Of a DNA stretch of 64,000 nucleotides, positions 1 through 13,010 are shown piece after piece. Source of the stretch: Octopus vulgaris. Its lineage: Eukaryota. The stretch is from positions 139,438,001-139,502,000 of the forward strand of contig OX597815.1 of NCBI GenBank assembly GCA_951406725.2, read 5' to 3'. The first letter of the stretch is position 1. Every line of letters starts with the position of its first letter. The notes under the pieces are model-generated. The model ran no database searches. It saw only the letters and a program-made list of their open reading frames with translations, and had not been told where the DNA came from. Made by a program: the position numbers and the translations under genes.

Positions 1-236
1 TGGCATTAGGACGAAGCTGATGAAGTTATCATTGTTGCTGTTGGCAGTGGTGGCAGTGTTAGAGCTAGTGTTGTTACTATGGGTATTAGGGCTATTGATA
101 TTTTTTCTATTGGCACTAGGGGTCTTGTTGCTGTAAGAGTTAAAATAACCATTGATGTTGTTATTGCTTTCACTGGGGTTATTGTGGCTGGTATTCAAAC
201 TATTATTGTTGTTGTTGATATTAACATTGTTATGGG

Positions 237-451
237 GGTGGCGAGCAAGCTGAATCATTAGCATGCTGGGCAAAATGCTTAGCGGCATCTCGTCCGTTTT
301 GACGTTCTGAATTCAAATTCCACCGAAGTCGACTTTGCTTTTCATCCTCTCGGGTTCAATAAAATAAGTACCAGTTGAACACTGGGGTCGATGTAATCGA
401 TTTATCCCTCCTTTAAAATTGTTGGCCTTGTGGCAAAATTTGAAATCAATA
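237..451 (+). mobile_element. tRNA-derived SINE, family 2 (~215 bp)
   Basis: Pol III box A/B-like head (GAGCAAGCTGAATCATTAG...GAATTCAAATTCC) and GTCGACTTTGC...AAAATAAGTACCAG body repeated at 42432, 59256, 59465 and, inverted, at 10915, 44064, 47908. Confidence 0.8.
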
Positions 452-1478
452 TTGAGATTGTTGGGGGCGGTATTAGATTTGTTAGTGGTGGTAATAAGTG
501 GTAGTATCGGGGTTGTTATTGTTGGTATATGGGTTATTGCTTTTTGCATTAAAGTTATTATTGACATTGTTATCATTGGAGTAACAGTTATATTGCTACA
601 GGCCTTTATGTGATGTTGATGCTGTTGTTTTATCGAGAAAATGAAGCAACGTACTCGTTTAATGATGACCTCCATTCAATGAATGTATAGTTTGAATATA
701 TGTAAGGAAATGTCGAGGTGTAAGTATGCATGAATATATCTATATACATTGAGCTTTTTCCTGGAAGTGTGTTAAAGATGCAGGTAAATGGTGTCAGTTT
801 GGAGAAAATGTGTTAAACAGTTAACTGGTTCATAAGAGCAGAGACTCTTCTAGCCAAGTAGAATACGGATATCGATATTTCAGGAAATCGATAGTCTACT
901 AAATTTCTTTGGAATGTGAAATCTTACCTTGATGATCTTTTATGGCTGCCGTGCAAAATATGTGTTTGCACTGTTCTTCTTATGATAGCAGCTCTAGTCT
1001 AATATTACACATATTTTTTTCATAAATATGAAATTTCCGCTGTCGGTAAAGAAAATGTTGCCTATGATATTAAGCTTACTTTTGGTCTACTATTTCCTTC
1101 AAAAATTTCAGATGACCAGAGATCGTTTTTACTTTAAAATATATCTAAAGTTTTAGTTATGTATTCCAGACAGCTGCAATAAGTTACTAAATAGCACCAA
1201 ACAGCCTCAGAGTGTCTCAGATATATCGATTTTATAATAGTTTAAGGTGGTTATAGAGAGGGAATTTCTATTGATTTTCATATTGTATATGATTTCAAAT
1301 ATTTCTTAAGGTAGATTTGTGGGTGGAGTAAAGCTCTGTATACAGATATATATATGTGTATGTATGTGTGTGCATATATATATGCGTGTGTGCGTGTGTG
1401 TGTTTGTGTGTGTGTGCGTGAGTGTATCCTCTTTTATGGAAGCTTATGTTTATGCCTGCAAGTGTGTGTGTTATGTCA

Positions 1479-1513
<35 letters not shown>

Positions 1514-2591
1514 ACAATTATGTGTACACATATAGATATGTGTGTATATGTGTGTGTGTGCATAAGTGTATGTGAACTTATATGAATGTACTTGTGTATC
1601 CATATAAAGTATACCTATTATATGAACAAAAATGTGACTTTGGAAGAGTTTCTTTACTATTCAATACGTGGAATATTTATAAATATATCTGAAAAAAATT
1701 AGTTCTTTCTCTGACTATGTCGGAGAAAACAATATTTTTTTCTATGGGAATCTGTTGGTCGTCAACATTACTTCTCTGTTATTAACCTTAGATCTACAAA
1801 GGAAATAGTCAAATCTTTTTCTTGACTCTGGCGTTCTTTTGTTAAGCATAGATTTACAACAAATAGTCTTTTTTTCCTCTCAAATATTTACGTCCATTAC
1901 AAGACAACTCTGCAAAAACAACATTGTACAAAGACTAGCAGGCCTTTTACGATGTCACTATCCAATAACTACTGGCATACTGTATATTATTTCTTTCTTC
2001 TTTTTTTAATAGAATTTTTGGATATATTTTTCTTCATTGAGACAGTAACATATACAAAATTATATATTTGTGTGTGTAGGTTTATACGTATATGAGTACA
2101 TGTATTTGTATACATATGTGAGTGTATGTATGCATATATATATATATTCATACATACCTATATATACATATATATATGTGTGTGTGCGTATATATGTACA
2201 GCATTAGTATATGTCATTTAAAAAAAAGTAGTTTCTAAAATAATGATAAAATATCGAAAATATGATATAACAATATACATATAAATTAAAGTCAATATGT
2301 GTCTGCAAAAAATAAGTGTGCTCAATATTTATCATAATGGAGCTTGTGTAAATATATCTACGTATATCTACGTATCTACCACAAAATTACCTATTGTAAT
2401 TTATGTTTTGTACTTCTCTTTCAACTAACCATCTCTCTCCCATTCTCTCTCCACACAGACCCATTTACGTATGAACATATATGTGTTTATGTATATATAT
2501 ATATAAATGGCGGTGCCTCAGCATGGCCACAGCTCGTCAGCTGAAACTAGATGAAATAAAAGATGAAATAAATATATATATGTATATTCCC

Positions 2592-2629
<38 letters not shown>

Positions 2630-3094
2630 GTGTGTGTCTGTACATATTTATGTATGCATGTAAAATATAAAACTACCGGCCCACCTCTAGAGAAAAGTCG
2701 GAGGATAGAGTCTCCTAGAATCTAGAAACTTTGTACTTTAGTTTGTTTTGATTTTTCGTGTAAGACTTAACAGTCCTTGATACAAGATTGTAGTGATTAC
2801 ACGATTCTAAATTGCAGTGTTTACTGAAAGTTCAAGTAAACAGATGAAGCTGAATGGCGTTATGACGTTAATTGAAATCTAGAAGAGGATCGATTACCTT
2901 TGTCTGTATGAGAGAGGAAAAAAGCGCCCGCGTGTGTGTATGAGTGAGTGAGAGATAGAGGAGGAGGGAGAATAAAAATATAGCATTCCTTTAAGTCCCA
3001 CATTGAAAACTAGTAATCAGTCAAAATGACTGATCGTTTTGACACCACATTGCATATGACGAAGACTGAAGTTTTTAAACAATCTCCTCCGAAG

Positions 3095-3440
3095 GCCAAT
3101 CTCGCTCTACCCTAAAGTCCAACCCCTCCTCAAAACGGTAGGGTGGTGTAAACGGGCAGTGTCAGAGCTATGCCGTCGGTAACTTCGGTTCCTGGTAGGG
3201 CCACCCAAGGCGGATTGGTCTGGCACCGAGCGGTATTAGGGCCGCATCCTGGCCAACGGGGCTCTGGTGAAAATTCCAAGAGGCGTCTGATCAGCAACCG
3301 GCGGCTTTGAGGTCGTTCTGTCCCTGCGACTGTGGAGACTCCACAGCAAACAGGGCTGCTTGTGAATTCAATATTCCCACGAAACTTCTATGAGAGAAGA
3401 AGCCGGCTCAACCCGCCCTGGCTGCACGCCGCCACAAGTA
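3095..3440 (+). mobile_element. Probable RTE-clade LINE 5' UTR fragment
   Basis: GC-rich island containing GAGCTATG...CCTGGTAGGGCCACCCAAGGC, resembling recalled RTE/Expander 5' UTR motifs; no ORF. Confidence 0.4.
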
Positions 3441-3680
3441 CAAGTAAGTACAATCTCGCTGATTTTCAACGACGCTTTACCAAGCATTTATGATGCAGCT
3501 ATAGAACAAGGTGATATCTTTTACTATCTTGGAAGTTTTTTTTTCCTACAAATTTGTTTCCTAACTAATGCAAAACACAGAATTGGATGAACCCATTAAG
3601 CACTAGCAAAAGGAGTAAGGCGATTTTCAAGAGCAAAGATCTAGTCCTCCTAAAAGCTGACGATTTATCAAGCTCCGATT

Positions 3681-4077
3681 CTCTTATTCTCTTATTTCTC
3701 TCAATCATTTGACTGCGGCCATGCTGGAGCACCTCCTTTAGTCGAACAAACATACCCCAGGACTTATTCGTTGTAAGCCTAGTACTTATTCTATCGGTCT
3801 CTTATGTCGAACTGCTAAGTTACAGGGACGTAAACACACTAACATCGATTGTCAAGCGATGTTGGGGGGGGGTGCAAACACAGACACACAAACATATACA
3901 TATACATATATATATATGACAGGATTCTTTTACTTTTCGTCTACCAAATCCACTCACAAGGCTTTGGTCGGCCCGAGGCTATAAAAGAAGACACTTGTCC
4001 AAAGTGCCGCGCAACGGGATTGAACCCAGAATCAAGTGGTTGGTAAGCAAGCTACTTACCACAAACCCACTCCCGCC
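3681..4077 (-). mobile_element. tRNA-derived SINE, family 1 (~400 bp, internal TA/TG microsatellite)
   Basis: Reverse complement of the copy at 48769-49169 (GTGGTAAGTAGCTTGC, GAGTGGATTTGGTAGACG, CAGCATGGCCGCAGTCAAATGA). Confidence 0.85.
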
Positions 4078-4196
4078 ATCATTAGAATATTCTTATATGG
4101 TTGTGAAAGATGAACAGGACTTCAAAATATTGGAACGTTTCCATCAACAAAAGCTCCACGCTCATCAAATAGTAGGTCTAAGTAACCAACAATACT

Positions 4197-4302
4197 GATT
4201 AGACCGGTCCAGACCTGTCCAAACCGGATAAGACCGGTTCCCACCGGATCAGAGCGGTCGAAACTGGTTCAGACCGGTCCAAACCGGATCAGACCGTATC
4301 AG
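4197..4302. repeat. Minisatellite, ~10 copies of a 10-bp unit (AGACCGGTCC/AAACCGGATC)
   Basis: Directly visible tandem degenerate 10-mer. Confidence 0.85.
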
Positions 4303-4424
4303 ATGATGTTTGATGATGATGTTTCATGATGTTTGAAGATGATGATGATGATGATGATGGTGATTGATGACCTTGGCATACATATCAGCGAAATGTACAT
4401 CTTGTAATACTGAACCGCTTTATG

Positions 4425-4517
4425 TAGTCTGAGGAAGTTTCTTATGCACTATGGAGTGCATTCCGTTCCATTACATAGTTCCTCACCCAGAAGTAAGCCG
4501 AAACGATCGTCGTCCTA
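4425..4517 (+). ncRNA. Minimal type-I hammerhead ribozyme motif
   Basis: CTGAGGA (4429) ... GAAAC-GATC-GTC (4500-4511) with palindromic stem III ACGATCGT; stem I degenerate. Confidence 0.55.
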
Positions 4518-5027
4518 AATAAAACTTCCATTGCACTCTTTCTTCCGTATTAATCATTTAGAATGCATGCATGCATACATACATACATACATACATACAT
4601 ACATACATACATACATACATACGTACGTACGTACAGACATACATATGCAATGTGTGCGTACTGATGTGTGTGTATGTATAATTTTTTAATTATCACTATA
4701 AACTTGGAAGCTGTTCTTAATAAATCATAGGAATTTAGGCATCAACAATACTATAGTAAGGATAATTTTACAAATGTTTTGCACACAGGCGCAGGCGTGG
4801 CTGTGGGGTAAGTATAGCCTTGGGCCTTCTGAGTGGATTTGGTAGAGAGAAACTGAAAGAATCCTGTTATATGTATATATATATATATATATGTTTATAT
4901 TATATAGAGGGTACTATTATTCATAGGTACCGCACGCTAGGAGGGACTCTTGCAGTCAAAACTACTAAAATAAACAAATTGTACCGAATGCAAAACTTCA
5001 AAGCAAGTCATTTAAAAACAGAATTTA

Positions 5028-5091
5028 GTTACATATCACCTGTGATTTCGCAATCAATGCAGGATATGCATTCTATGCTCTTCAGTGCAAC
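5028..5091 (-). ncRNA. Canonical type-I hammerhead ribozyme (family A, inverted arm)
   Basis: Reverse complement of 5476-5539. Confidence 0.85.
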
Positions 5092-5475
5092 GAACTCAAG
5101 TGCTTAATGGGTTCATCCAACGAACTCTAGTGCTTAATGGGTTCATCCAATTCTGTGTTTTGCATTAGTTTTGAAGCAAATTTGTAGGAAAAAAAAAGAA
5201 AAATTAACTTCCAAGATAGTAAAAGACATCACCTTGTTCTATAGCTGCATCATTATAAAGATTTTATCCTTAATTTTAAATTTATATTTTTCACCGGAAT
5301 AGTTCAATACTGAATTTTTGTTCCGAATAGGCAGATTGTTCACCGAAATGCATTGCGAATAAGCCCGCCATTTTCATAGATATGTAAAGATAAACATTCG
5401 TACATGCTACGACGAATTCCACGGTTGGCTGTCGGGTATGCTATATTGTGTTTTTTCCTTACATGTCTTGAGTTC

Positions 5476-5539
5476 GTTGCACTGAAGAGCATAGAATGCA
5501 TATCCTGCATTGATTGCGAAATCACAGGTGATATGTAAC
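5476..5539 (+). ncRNA. Canonical type-I hammerhead ribozyme (family A)
   Basis: Stem I GTTGCA/TGTAAC; core CTGAAGA; stem II GCA...TGC with inner AATGCA/TGCATT; GAAA; stem III TCAC-AG-GTGA; cleavage triplet AUA. Confidence 0.88.
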
Positions 5540-5775
5540 TAAATTATGTTTTTAAATGACTTGCTTTGAAGTTTTGCATTCGGTACAATTTGTTTATTTT
5601 AGTAGTTTTGACTGCAAGAGTCCCTCCTAGCGTGCGGTACCTATGAATAATCGTAGCCTCTATATAATATAAATAAATATTTTCAAAGTGGAAAAATTTA
5701 CAGATTTTTTCTCTTACGAGGTTTTTCACGCTAACTATTGATAATTTCTTATAAAGATTTTATCCTTAATTTTAA

Positions 5776-5807
<32 letters not shown>

Positions 5808-6820
5808 GCGTGCCTGTATGTGTGTGTATGTGTGTGCGTGTGTATGTTTGTGTGTCTGTGTTTGTCCCCAACCTTTGCTGGTGTTTTTACGTCCCCGTAC
5901 CTTAGCGGTTCGTCAAAAGGTGCCGATAGAATACGTGCCAGGCTTACAAAGAATATGTCTTGAGGTCGATTTGTTCGACTAAATATGGTGCTCCAGCATC
6001 GCCGCAGTCAAGTGACTGAAACAAATAAAAGATTAAAAGAATACCAGTACTGTTCTGCCTGCAGACCAATTTAACACAATACTTATATTTTTCTCAACCT
6101 GAAACCCTCAAATTTATCCAACGTTTTCACGAGAACTGTATTTTGGATGTGACTATGCAGCAACAGCGCCATCTCAGACGTGGAGAGCAATATTCCATTG
6201 TGGATCTCATTTCAGTTTTGTAGAAAGGCAGAATTTGTTGAGATCGAAGTATTTACTTGGTTGTAATTTCATATGTACTTGCACGTAAATAATTACTTTT
6301 TTTGCAATGATTGTGAAAACATGTTTTCCATTGAATTCTTCATAAGAGTTCACAACTTTTTGTGTTTTTCTTCTGCCTCAAACAATAATGTTAGAATTGA
6401 TATAGTTGAATCTATCGGGAGTTTTGATTTCGGATTTTCCGCTGAAGTGCCTTATTTTAAAACGTTTGGAATGCATTCAATGTCAAAAACGCTTATTTGC
6501 GTATTCCAGATAGATTCTCTTTACTGAGGGCATTGTACATCGTTTTAGAAACAACGAAATAATAGTTTTCTTTCTACTACAAAAAAAAATGGGTAATATA
6601 GGTATGCATATACATGTAAGCAGTACTCAATAGAACAATGGACCATATAAGGATTCCAATGTTCTATCAAGCATGTTCTCTCTCAATTCCTCTAGCAAGA
6701 AGGGAAGAAAAGGACGGCATGCATCAAATAGTTACATGCGCTTGAATGAATGTGTTCAAGTCTTCGTGTGCATTTCTACGATATATATATATATACGCTA
6801 ATATCCCTCTCTCTCTCTCG

Positions 6821-6863
<43 letters not shown>

Positions 6864-7037
6864 TATACACGTCAATGTCGAACAATGAGAATCAATACTA
6901 AAGGCCGCATTGGTGGATAAATATTCTTCTTTGTGGGTTAACAACGCTACCAATAGTTTCACCAACGTCCTCATATGACAGGCTTGTATCCCTCTTTACA
7001 TCAAAACAACTGGTAGCCTTGTTAACCCACAAATAAA

Positions 7038-7083
<46 letters not shown>

Positions 7084-7297
7084 AGAGAGAGAGAGAGAGA
7101 TACATATATGTATATATAAGTTCAATTAAAGATTAAAAACCTCATTTAGGGATAATAAATTCCAATTCATATACTGGTTTATTACTTATTACAAAAAGTA
7201 TTGAGTATAACATTTAATATTGAACTGTAAGGTAATTGGATAAAGCGGAGTTTCTATATATTTTAAAAAAATAGGAAAATAGAGATAATTAAATTAA

Positions 7298-7540
7298 GTG
7301 TTGAATCTCATCGGAGGTAGAAAAAGATATACCCTTACATTTTCATATTGTGTGTTGAGTGTAGGGAGTTAGTAGATTTACTCCCTACACTCAACACACA
7401 ATAATATTTTCCCACATCCGATGAGATTCAACTTTAAAATGTTTTTAATTGTAATAATAAATTTCTAAAGTCTTGAATCGAAACAGCTGTCAGAGATTAT
7501 GTCCAATTTTGTAATTAATAAATAATTACTAATTTATCTC
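7298..7540 (+). ncRNA. Inverted-repeat module carrying a minimal hammerhead (7414-7494)
   Basis: Hairpin 7301-7432 (TTGAATCTCATCGGA...ATTGTGTGTTGAGTGTAGGGAG and its reverse complement); CCGATGA-GATTCAA...TTGAATC-GAAAC-AGCT-GTC. Confidence 0.65.
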
Positions 7541-7550
7541 TATTTTCTTT

Positions 7551-7591
<41 letters not shown>

Positions 7592-7594
<3 letters not shown>

Positions 7595-8560
7595 CTCTGG
7601 AGCCAACCTTCCTGGAAGTGATAAACTCCATTAAACAGATCTTTTCTGGTAAAGCACCTGTGAGGGATGCTGTCCCGCCGGAAATCTACAAGCATGGTGG
7701 ATAGAAGCTTTTCACGAAATTGCATGACCTCTTCATAAATATTTGAATAGTAGGTCCTGTACCACAGGACTTTAAGGGTGCTTCAAATCATCTATATAAG
7801 AACAAAGGAAACAAAAGCGTCTGTGATAATCATCGTGGGATATCACTTCTGTCTATTGCTGGAAAGATAGTTGCTCGACTCGTTCGTGACAGGATCATCA
7901 AACACGTCATAAATGACATCTACCCAGAACCACAATGCGAACTTCGCTCTAGTCGTGGCACTATCGACATGATATTTCCCTTCGTCAGGTCATCGAAAAG
8001 TTACATAAGAAAAAAGAAGAGTTTTTCATAGTCTTCATTGACATTAATAATGCCATCGACACTATTAACCAGCAAGCCCTTTGGAAAGTTCTGAAAAAGC
8101 TTGGTATACCTGACAAGATGTTGAATGTTATCATCTCCTTTCGTGAGCGAATGAAGATTGCTTTCGTATCCAGCAGGAAATTTTCGGCTTCCTTCGATAT
8201 TACAAATAGCACAAAGCAAAGTTGTGTTATGGCCCTTGTTTTGTTTGCATTCTTCTTCACTTTTCAGTGATGCTGAGAGATGTTTTTACTGACAAAGTGA
8301 TATCAAATTCCAGTTTCGAACAAGTGGCGGACTATTCAATCATCAGTGTTTCAAAGTCAAACCACTGCCATGTGCCAATATCATTTGTGATCTGCCTTTT
8401 GCAGATTCCGCTGCACTAGTAGCGACCTCCTTAGAGGAAGCTCATGAACTTCTGGACTGGTTTTCTGCTGTATGTAAGGCATTTGCTTGACCATCAGTAT
8501 AAAGAAGACAGAAGTGATCTACCAACCTTACCCTACTCATACGCAAATTTGAGGTATCAA
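7592..8560 (+). pseudogene. Decayed RTE-clade LINE reverse transcriptase fragment
   Basis: Frameshifted translation GKAP.RDAVPPEIYKHGG...LYKNKGNKSVCDNHRGISLLSIAGKIVAR...EPQCELRSSRGTIDMIF, typical of RTE RT domains 0-3. Confidence 0.85.
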
Positions 8561-9767
8561 GCTGAAACCACAGATTCACAATTTCTCTTATACAAATAGG
8601 AATTCGTTGGTTATCCTAGTACTGCATTAAAAGGGTTGATAAAATATACAAATCTCTGAATGACTACTTTTATAGAGAGCTTTCGATGATTGACCAGACA
8701 AGGTAGCAGTTTTAAAGCCGTTTCAGAACGTGAATAGTTGAGTTTTAATTTCATCAGCCTCAAATTGTGTGTGAGATAAAGTATTTGAGAAAGATATTAG
8801 TTTAACGCTAATATGAAACCCGGGTACATTATTTACAGTAATTTATGAAATAGCGAAGGAAGTTGTAGGTTTATGGCAACATAACTTTCTCGTTCTTATT
8901 TGTACTGTCATTATTACGTACAAAATATCTATTGCGTTAGAAATAATTATTACTAGCAACAAGAGACGTTTTTTTCTACAGGTTTTGTATTTCTAGTAAA
9001 CAAAGTATTATTAATATATTTCAGGGTTTCTTTAATTTCATTTAATACACAAAACAGAATTCATTGCTGCATAAAAAAAAAACTACATTTATTAGAAATA
9101 ATATAGAAGAAATATATTATCACAGAAAGAATTATTTAAGAAGAGATGGCTAGAATTAATTACATAATTACTAAACGCAAATTAATCCGATAAAATGACT
9201 AAATCCAGCTTTCTTATGTAAAAAAAGAGCAATCTCACCAAAAGTACTGGCACCAAACTCACCAAGTTCTAAGCGGCCAGAGTTATGTAATTCATAAAAA
9301 TTATTTACATAATTTCCAGGAATTTCATTGCTTTTGGAAATATTTCACTTTAAAATTGTTTAACTTTGAAAATAAATATTGCTATTTCAAAATAAATTTT
9401 AAGCAATAATTTAATTTGAATTGAAATACAAAATGAAAAAAAATATCGTTTTGATTTGTTAAGTTTTTTTTTCTTTTTTAAAGTTTTGTTATTAAATTCT
9501 GAAAATAAGAAAGTAAACAGAAAAAGAAATTGTAAATTGCACAATGTTTACTAGAAGTTCAAATAAATAGATGAAGCTGAATAAATAGAGATATGACATT
9601 AATTATAATCTTAAAGCGGTTTAACCATCGAAAAGAGTAAAAAGAAAAGAAAAGTAATGTCAATGTTTGGAGATTATCAGTCAGAAAAATGTGTTCACTT
9701 CATATATTGGAGATTAATCGAACTATCATTCTGACAATTACAGGTGAACTTTATCTTCCATATTTCC

Positions 9768-9905
9768 ATCGTCATCATCATCATCGTCGTCGTCGTCGTC
9801 ATCATCATCATCATCATCGACGGCGGCGTTGGCGTCGTCGTCGTCATCATCGTCGTTGTGGTCGTCGTTATCACCACCACCATCACCACCACCAGTATCA
9901 TCACC

Positions 9906-9937
<32 letters not shown>

Positions 9938-10570
9938 CGTCGTCATCATCATCATCATCATCATCATCAAACTCATCATCACCACAACATGATCACTCCC
10001 ATCTTCCTCCTCCACTTCTTCATCATCATCATCATCATCATTATCATCATCAACAACAACACCATTACTATCTTCACTCATTTCCTCTAAGTCGTTTCAA
10101 TCATGACCATTAATGATTTGCTTGCTATAATATTGTTATTGTTTTCGATATCGTCGTCGTAGTCGACATCATCATCATCATCATCATCATTATCATCACC
10201 ATCACCATTCCTATCACCCACCTTATCTTCATCAACACCATTAGCGTTGTCTTATCCATATCGTCTTATTCATCTTACTCATAACCATTAATGATATGTT
10301 TGTTATATTGTTGTTATTGTTGTCGTCGTCTGAGTTGTCATCATCATTATCCCCATCATCACCACCGCCTCTACCACCATTTCCATCGCCTCAGCATCAT
10401 TATCAACACCATTACTATCCTCACTCATATCGTCTTATTCATCTCAATCATAACTTATTGATGATATTGTCATGTTGTTGTTGTTGCTATTGTTTTTGTT
10501 TCGTTGTTGCTGTTATTGTTATTGTTGTTGTCGTCATCGTCGTCGGCGTCGTCTTCGCTGTTATTGTTCA
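9768..10570. repeat. (CAT/CGT/CAC/GTT)n low-complexity trinucleotide region
   Basis: Directly visible; explains the poly-His/Ser/Met ORFs. Confidence 0.9.
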
Positions 10571-10914
10571 ATCAGCAACGATGTTAGTGACCGTAAACGG
10601 TTGGATTACAAGTTTTTAAGTTCTATACTTGCCTGTCTCATCACGCACTGAGATCATTTCAGACCAGTGATCTCTGTCAAAATGTAACTTATTACACCAA
10701 CTGACAAAACTATCTTTTGTTCACTATACGAGACTAGCACCAGAAACAGAAGCAGTACAGCTATTTGTCTGAATATCAGCGAAAGTATATAGGAGAGGAT
10801 ATTAGTCGAATACACGGAGCCCGGTACTTGACTAGTACCCGAAAGGATGAAGGGCAAAAATGACTTCGAAGGGATGTCAATTCAGGACGTCAGGTGTCAA
10901 TAGGAATAATAGTA

Positions 10915-11113
10915 ATGATTTCAAATTGTGGCTCATGACCGGCAATTTCGGGTGAAGGGTTAGTCGATCGCTTCGATCCCAGTGCTCAAAGGGTCCTTAT
11001 TTTATTGATCCTGAAAAGATGAAAAGCTATGACGATCTCGGCGGAGATTGACCTCAGAACGTAAAAACAGATGAAATACTCTGTGCGGTAACGATTCTCT
11101 TAGCTCGTCGCCA
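10915..11113 (-). mobile_element. SINE family 2 copy (a further partial copy lies at ~10780-10890)
   Basis: Reverse complement similarity to 237-451 and 42432-42632. Confidence 0.7.
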
Positions 11114-11156
11114 TAATAATAATGATAATAAAAACAACAACAACAACAATAATAAT

Positions 11157-11413
11157 AACATCCTTAAACAACCCTTATTCAGGGACCTTTTGAGCGGGAT
11201 GGGTTACTCGACCAGAAGAAATTTCTAACTGGGCCCCACCGGCTAGGTCGTGTGGCTGTTTATCTTGATATGAGATCATCATGTCACGTATATATGTTTG
11301 TAATGCAAGTACCTGGTGTACCCTTATCAGACGGGTAGTCATGATAGGTATATTGGGCTTCGTATATTTCTACCCCAGTGTCACTTTGATGGCATGTACT
11401 GCTCTCTCTCACT
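11157..11413 (+). mobile_element. Non-autonomous (TAA)n-targeting element family D, 5'-truncated
   Basis: Matches 12420-12673; ends CTCTCTCACTC(AAT)n. Confidence 0.8.
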
Positions 11414-11414
11414 C

Positions 11415-11596
<182 letters not shown>

Positions 11597-11610
11597 TAAT
11601 AATAATAATC

Positions 11611-12673
<1,063 letters not shown>

Positions 12674-12697
12674 CAATAATAATAATAATAATAATAA

Positions 12698-12728
<31 letters not shown>

Positions 12729-12845
12729 AAGAAGAAGAAGAAGAAGAAGAAGAAGAAGGAGGAGGAGGAGGAGGAGGAAGAAGAAGAAGAAGAAGAAGAA
12801 GAAGAAGAAGAAGAAGAAGAAGAAGAAGAAGAAGAAGAAGAAGAA

Positions 12846-13010
12846 ATGCTCTGCTACAGTACCAAGCAGTGGCTCTCGTAGCTTTGACCTTAACTGATTG
12901 GAAGTGTTATCGTGTACATCGTTTTGTCTTGGTATATAAGATGGGTTACAGTAAATATTCAGTTCAATACCATAGATTTGCTTGTCAGTTGTTTAATCTT
13001 AACCAGTTGA
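12846..13010 (+). mobile_element. Family D 5' fragment following a (GAA)n tract
   Basis: Similar to 12122-12283. Confidence 0.7.

Larger units (their letters stand above)
4081..4560 (+). mobile_element. Penelope-like element 3' end: endonuclease C-terminus remnant, 10-bp tandem repeat, hammerhead
   Basis: KILERFHQQKLHAHQIVGLSNQQY* resembles the E..WQ.KL....GLN end of PLE GIY-YIG domains; followed by a repeat array and an HHR motif. Confidence 0.5.
4893..5776 (+). mobile_element. Non-coding hammerhead retroelement family A (retrozyme-like) with inverted 5' arm
   Basis: 5255-5776 is the reverse complement of 24179-24700 with a short terminal direct repeat; 4893-5100 is an inverted copy of ~5468-5675; flanked by (TA)n. 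Confidence 0.8.
4788..6040 (+). mobile_element. SINE family 1 copy split by an insertion into its internal (TA)n
   Basis: 5' half at 4788-4870 (GGCGCAGGCGTGGCTGTG...GAAACTGAAAGAA); 3' half at ~5800-6040 (TTTGTCCCC...CAGCATCGCCGCAGTCAAGTGACTGAAAC). Confidence 0.8.

Noticed and set aside
4197-4302. Short-period repeat array as a possible CRISPR
   Set aside because: Contiguous 10-bp units without unique spacers, no cas genes, eukaryotic context
5323-5360. Second hammerhead-like motif in families A/B (CCGAATA...GAAATGCATT)
   Set aside because: Lacks G8 and a proper stem I; better explained as one side of a long-range helix
8715-8760. CTGATGA...GAAA on the minus strand
   Set aside because: No credible stem I or stem II; likely a chance match
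9689-10619. Poly-His/Ser/Met/Asp ORFs (also 11281-11660, 12594-12881, 33024-33590, 55039-55359)
   Set aside because: Trinucleotide repeats open in several frames on both strands; no domain or splice evidence
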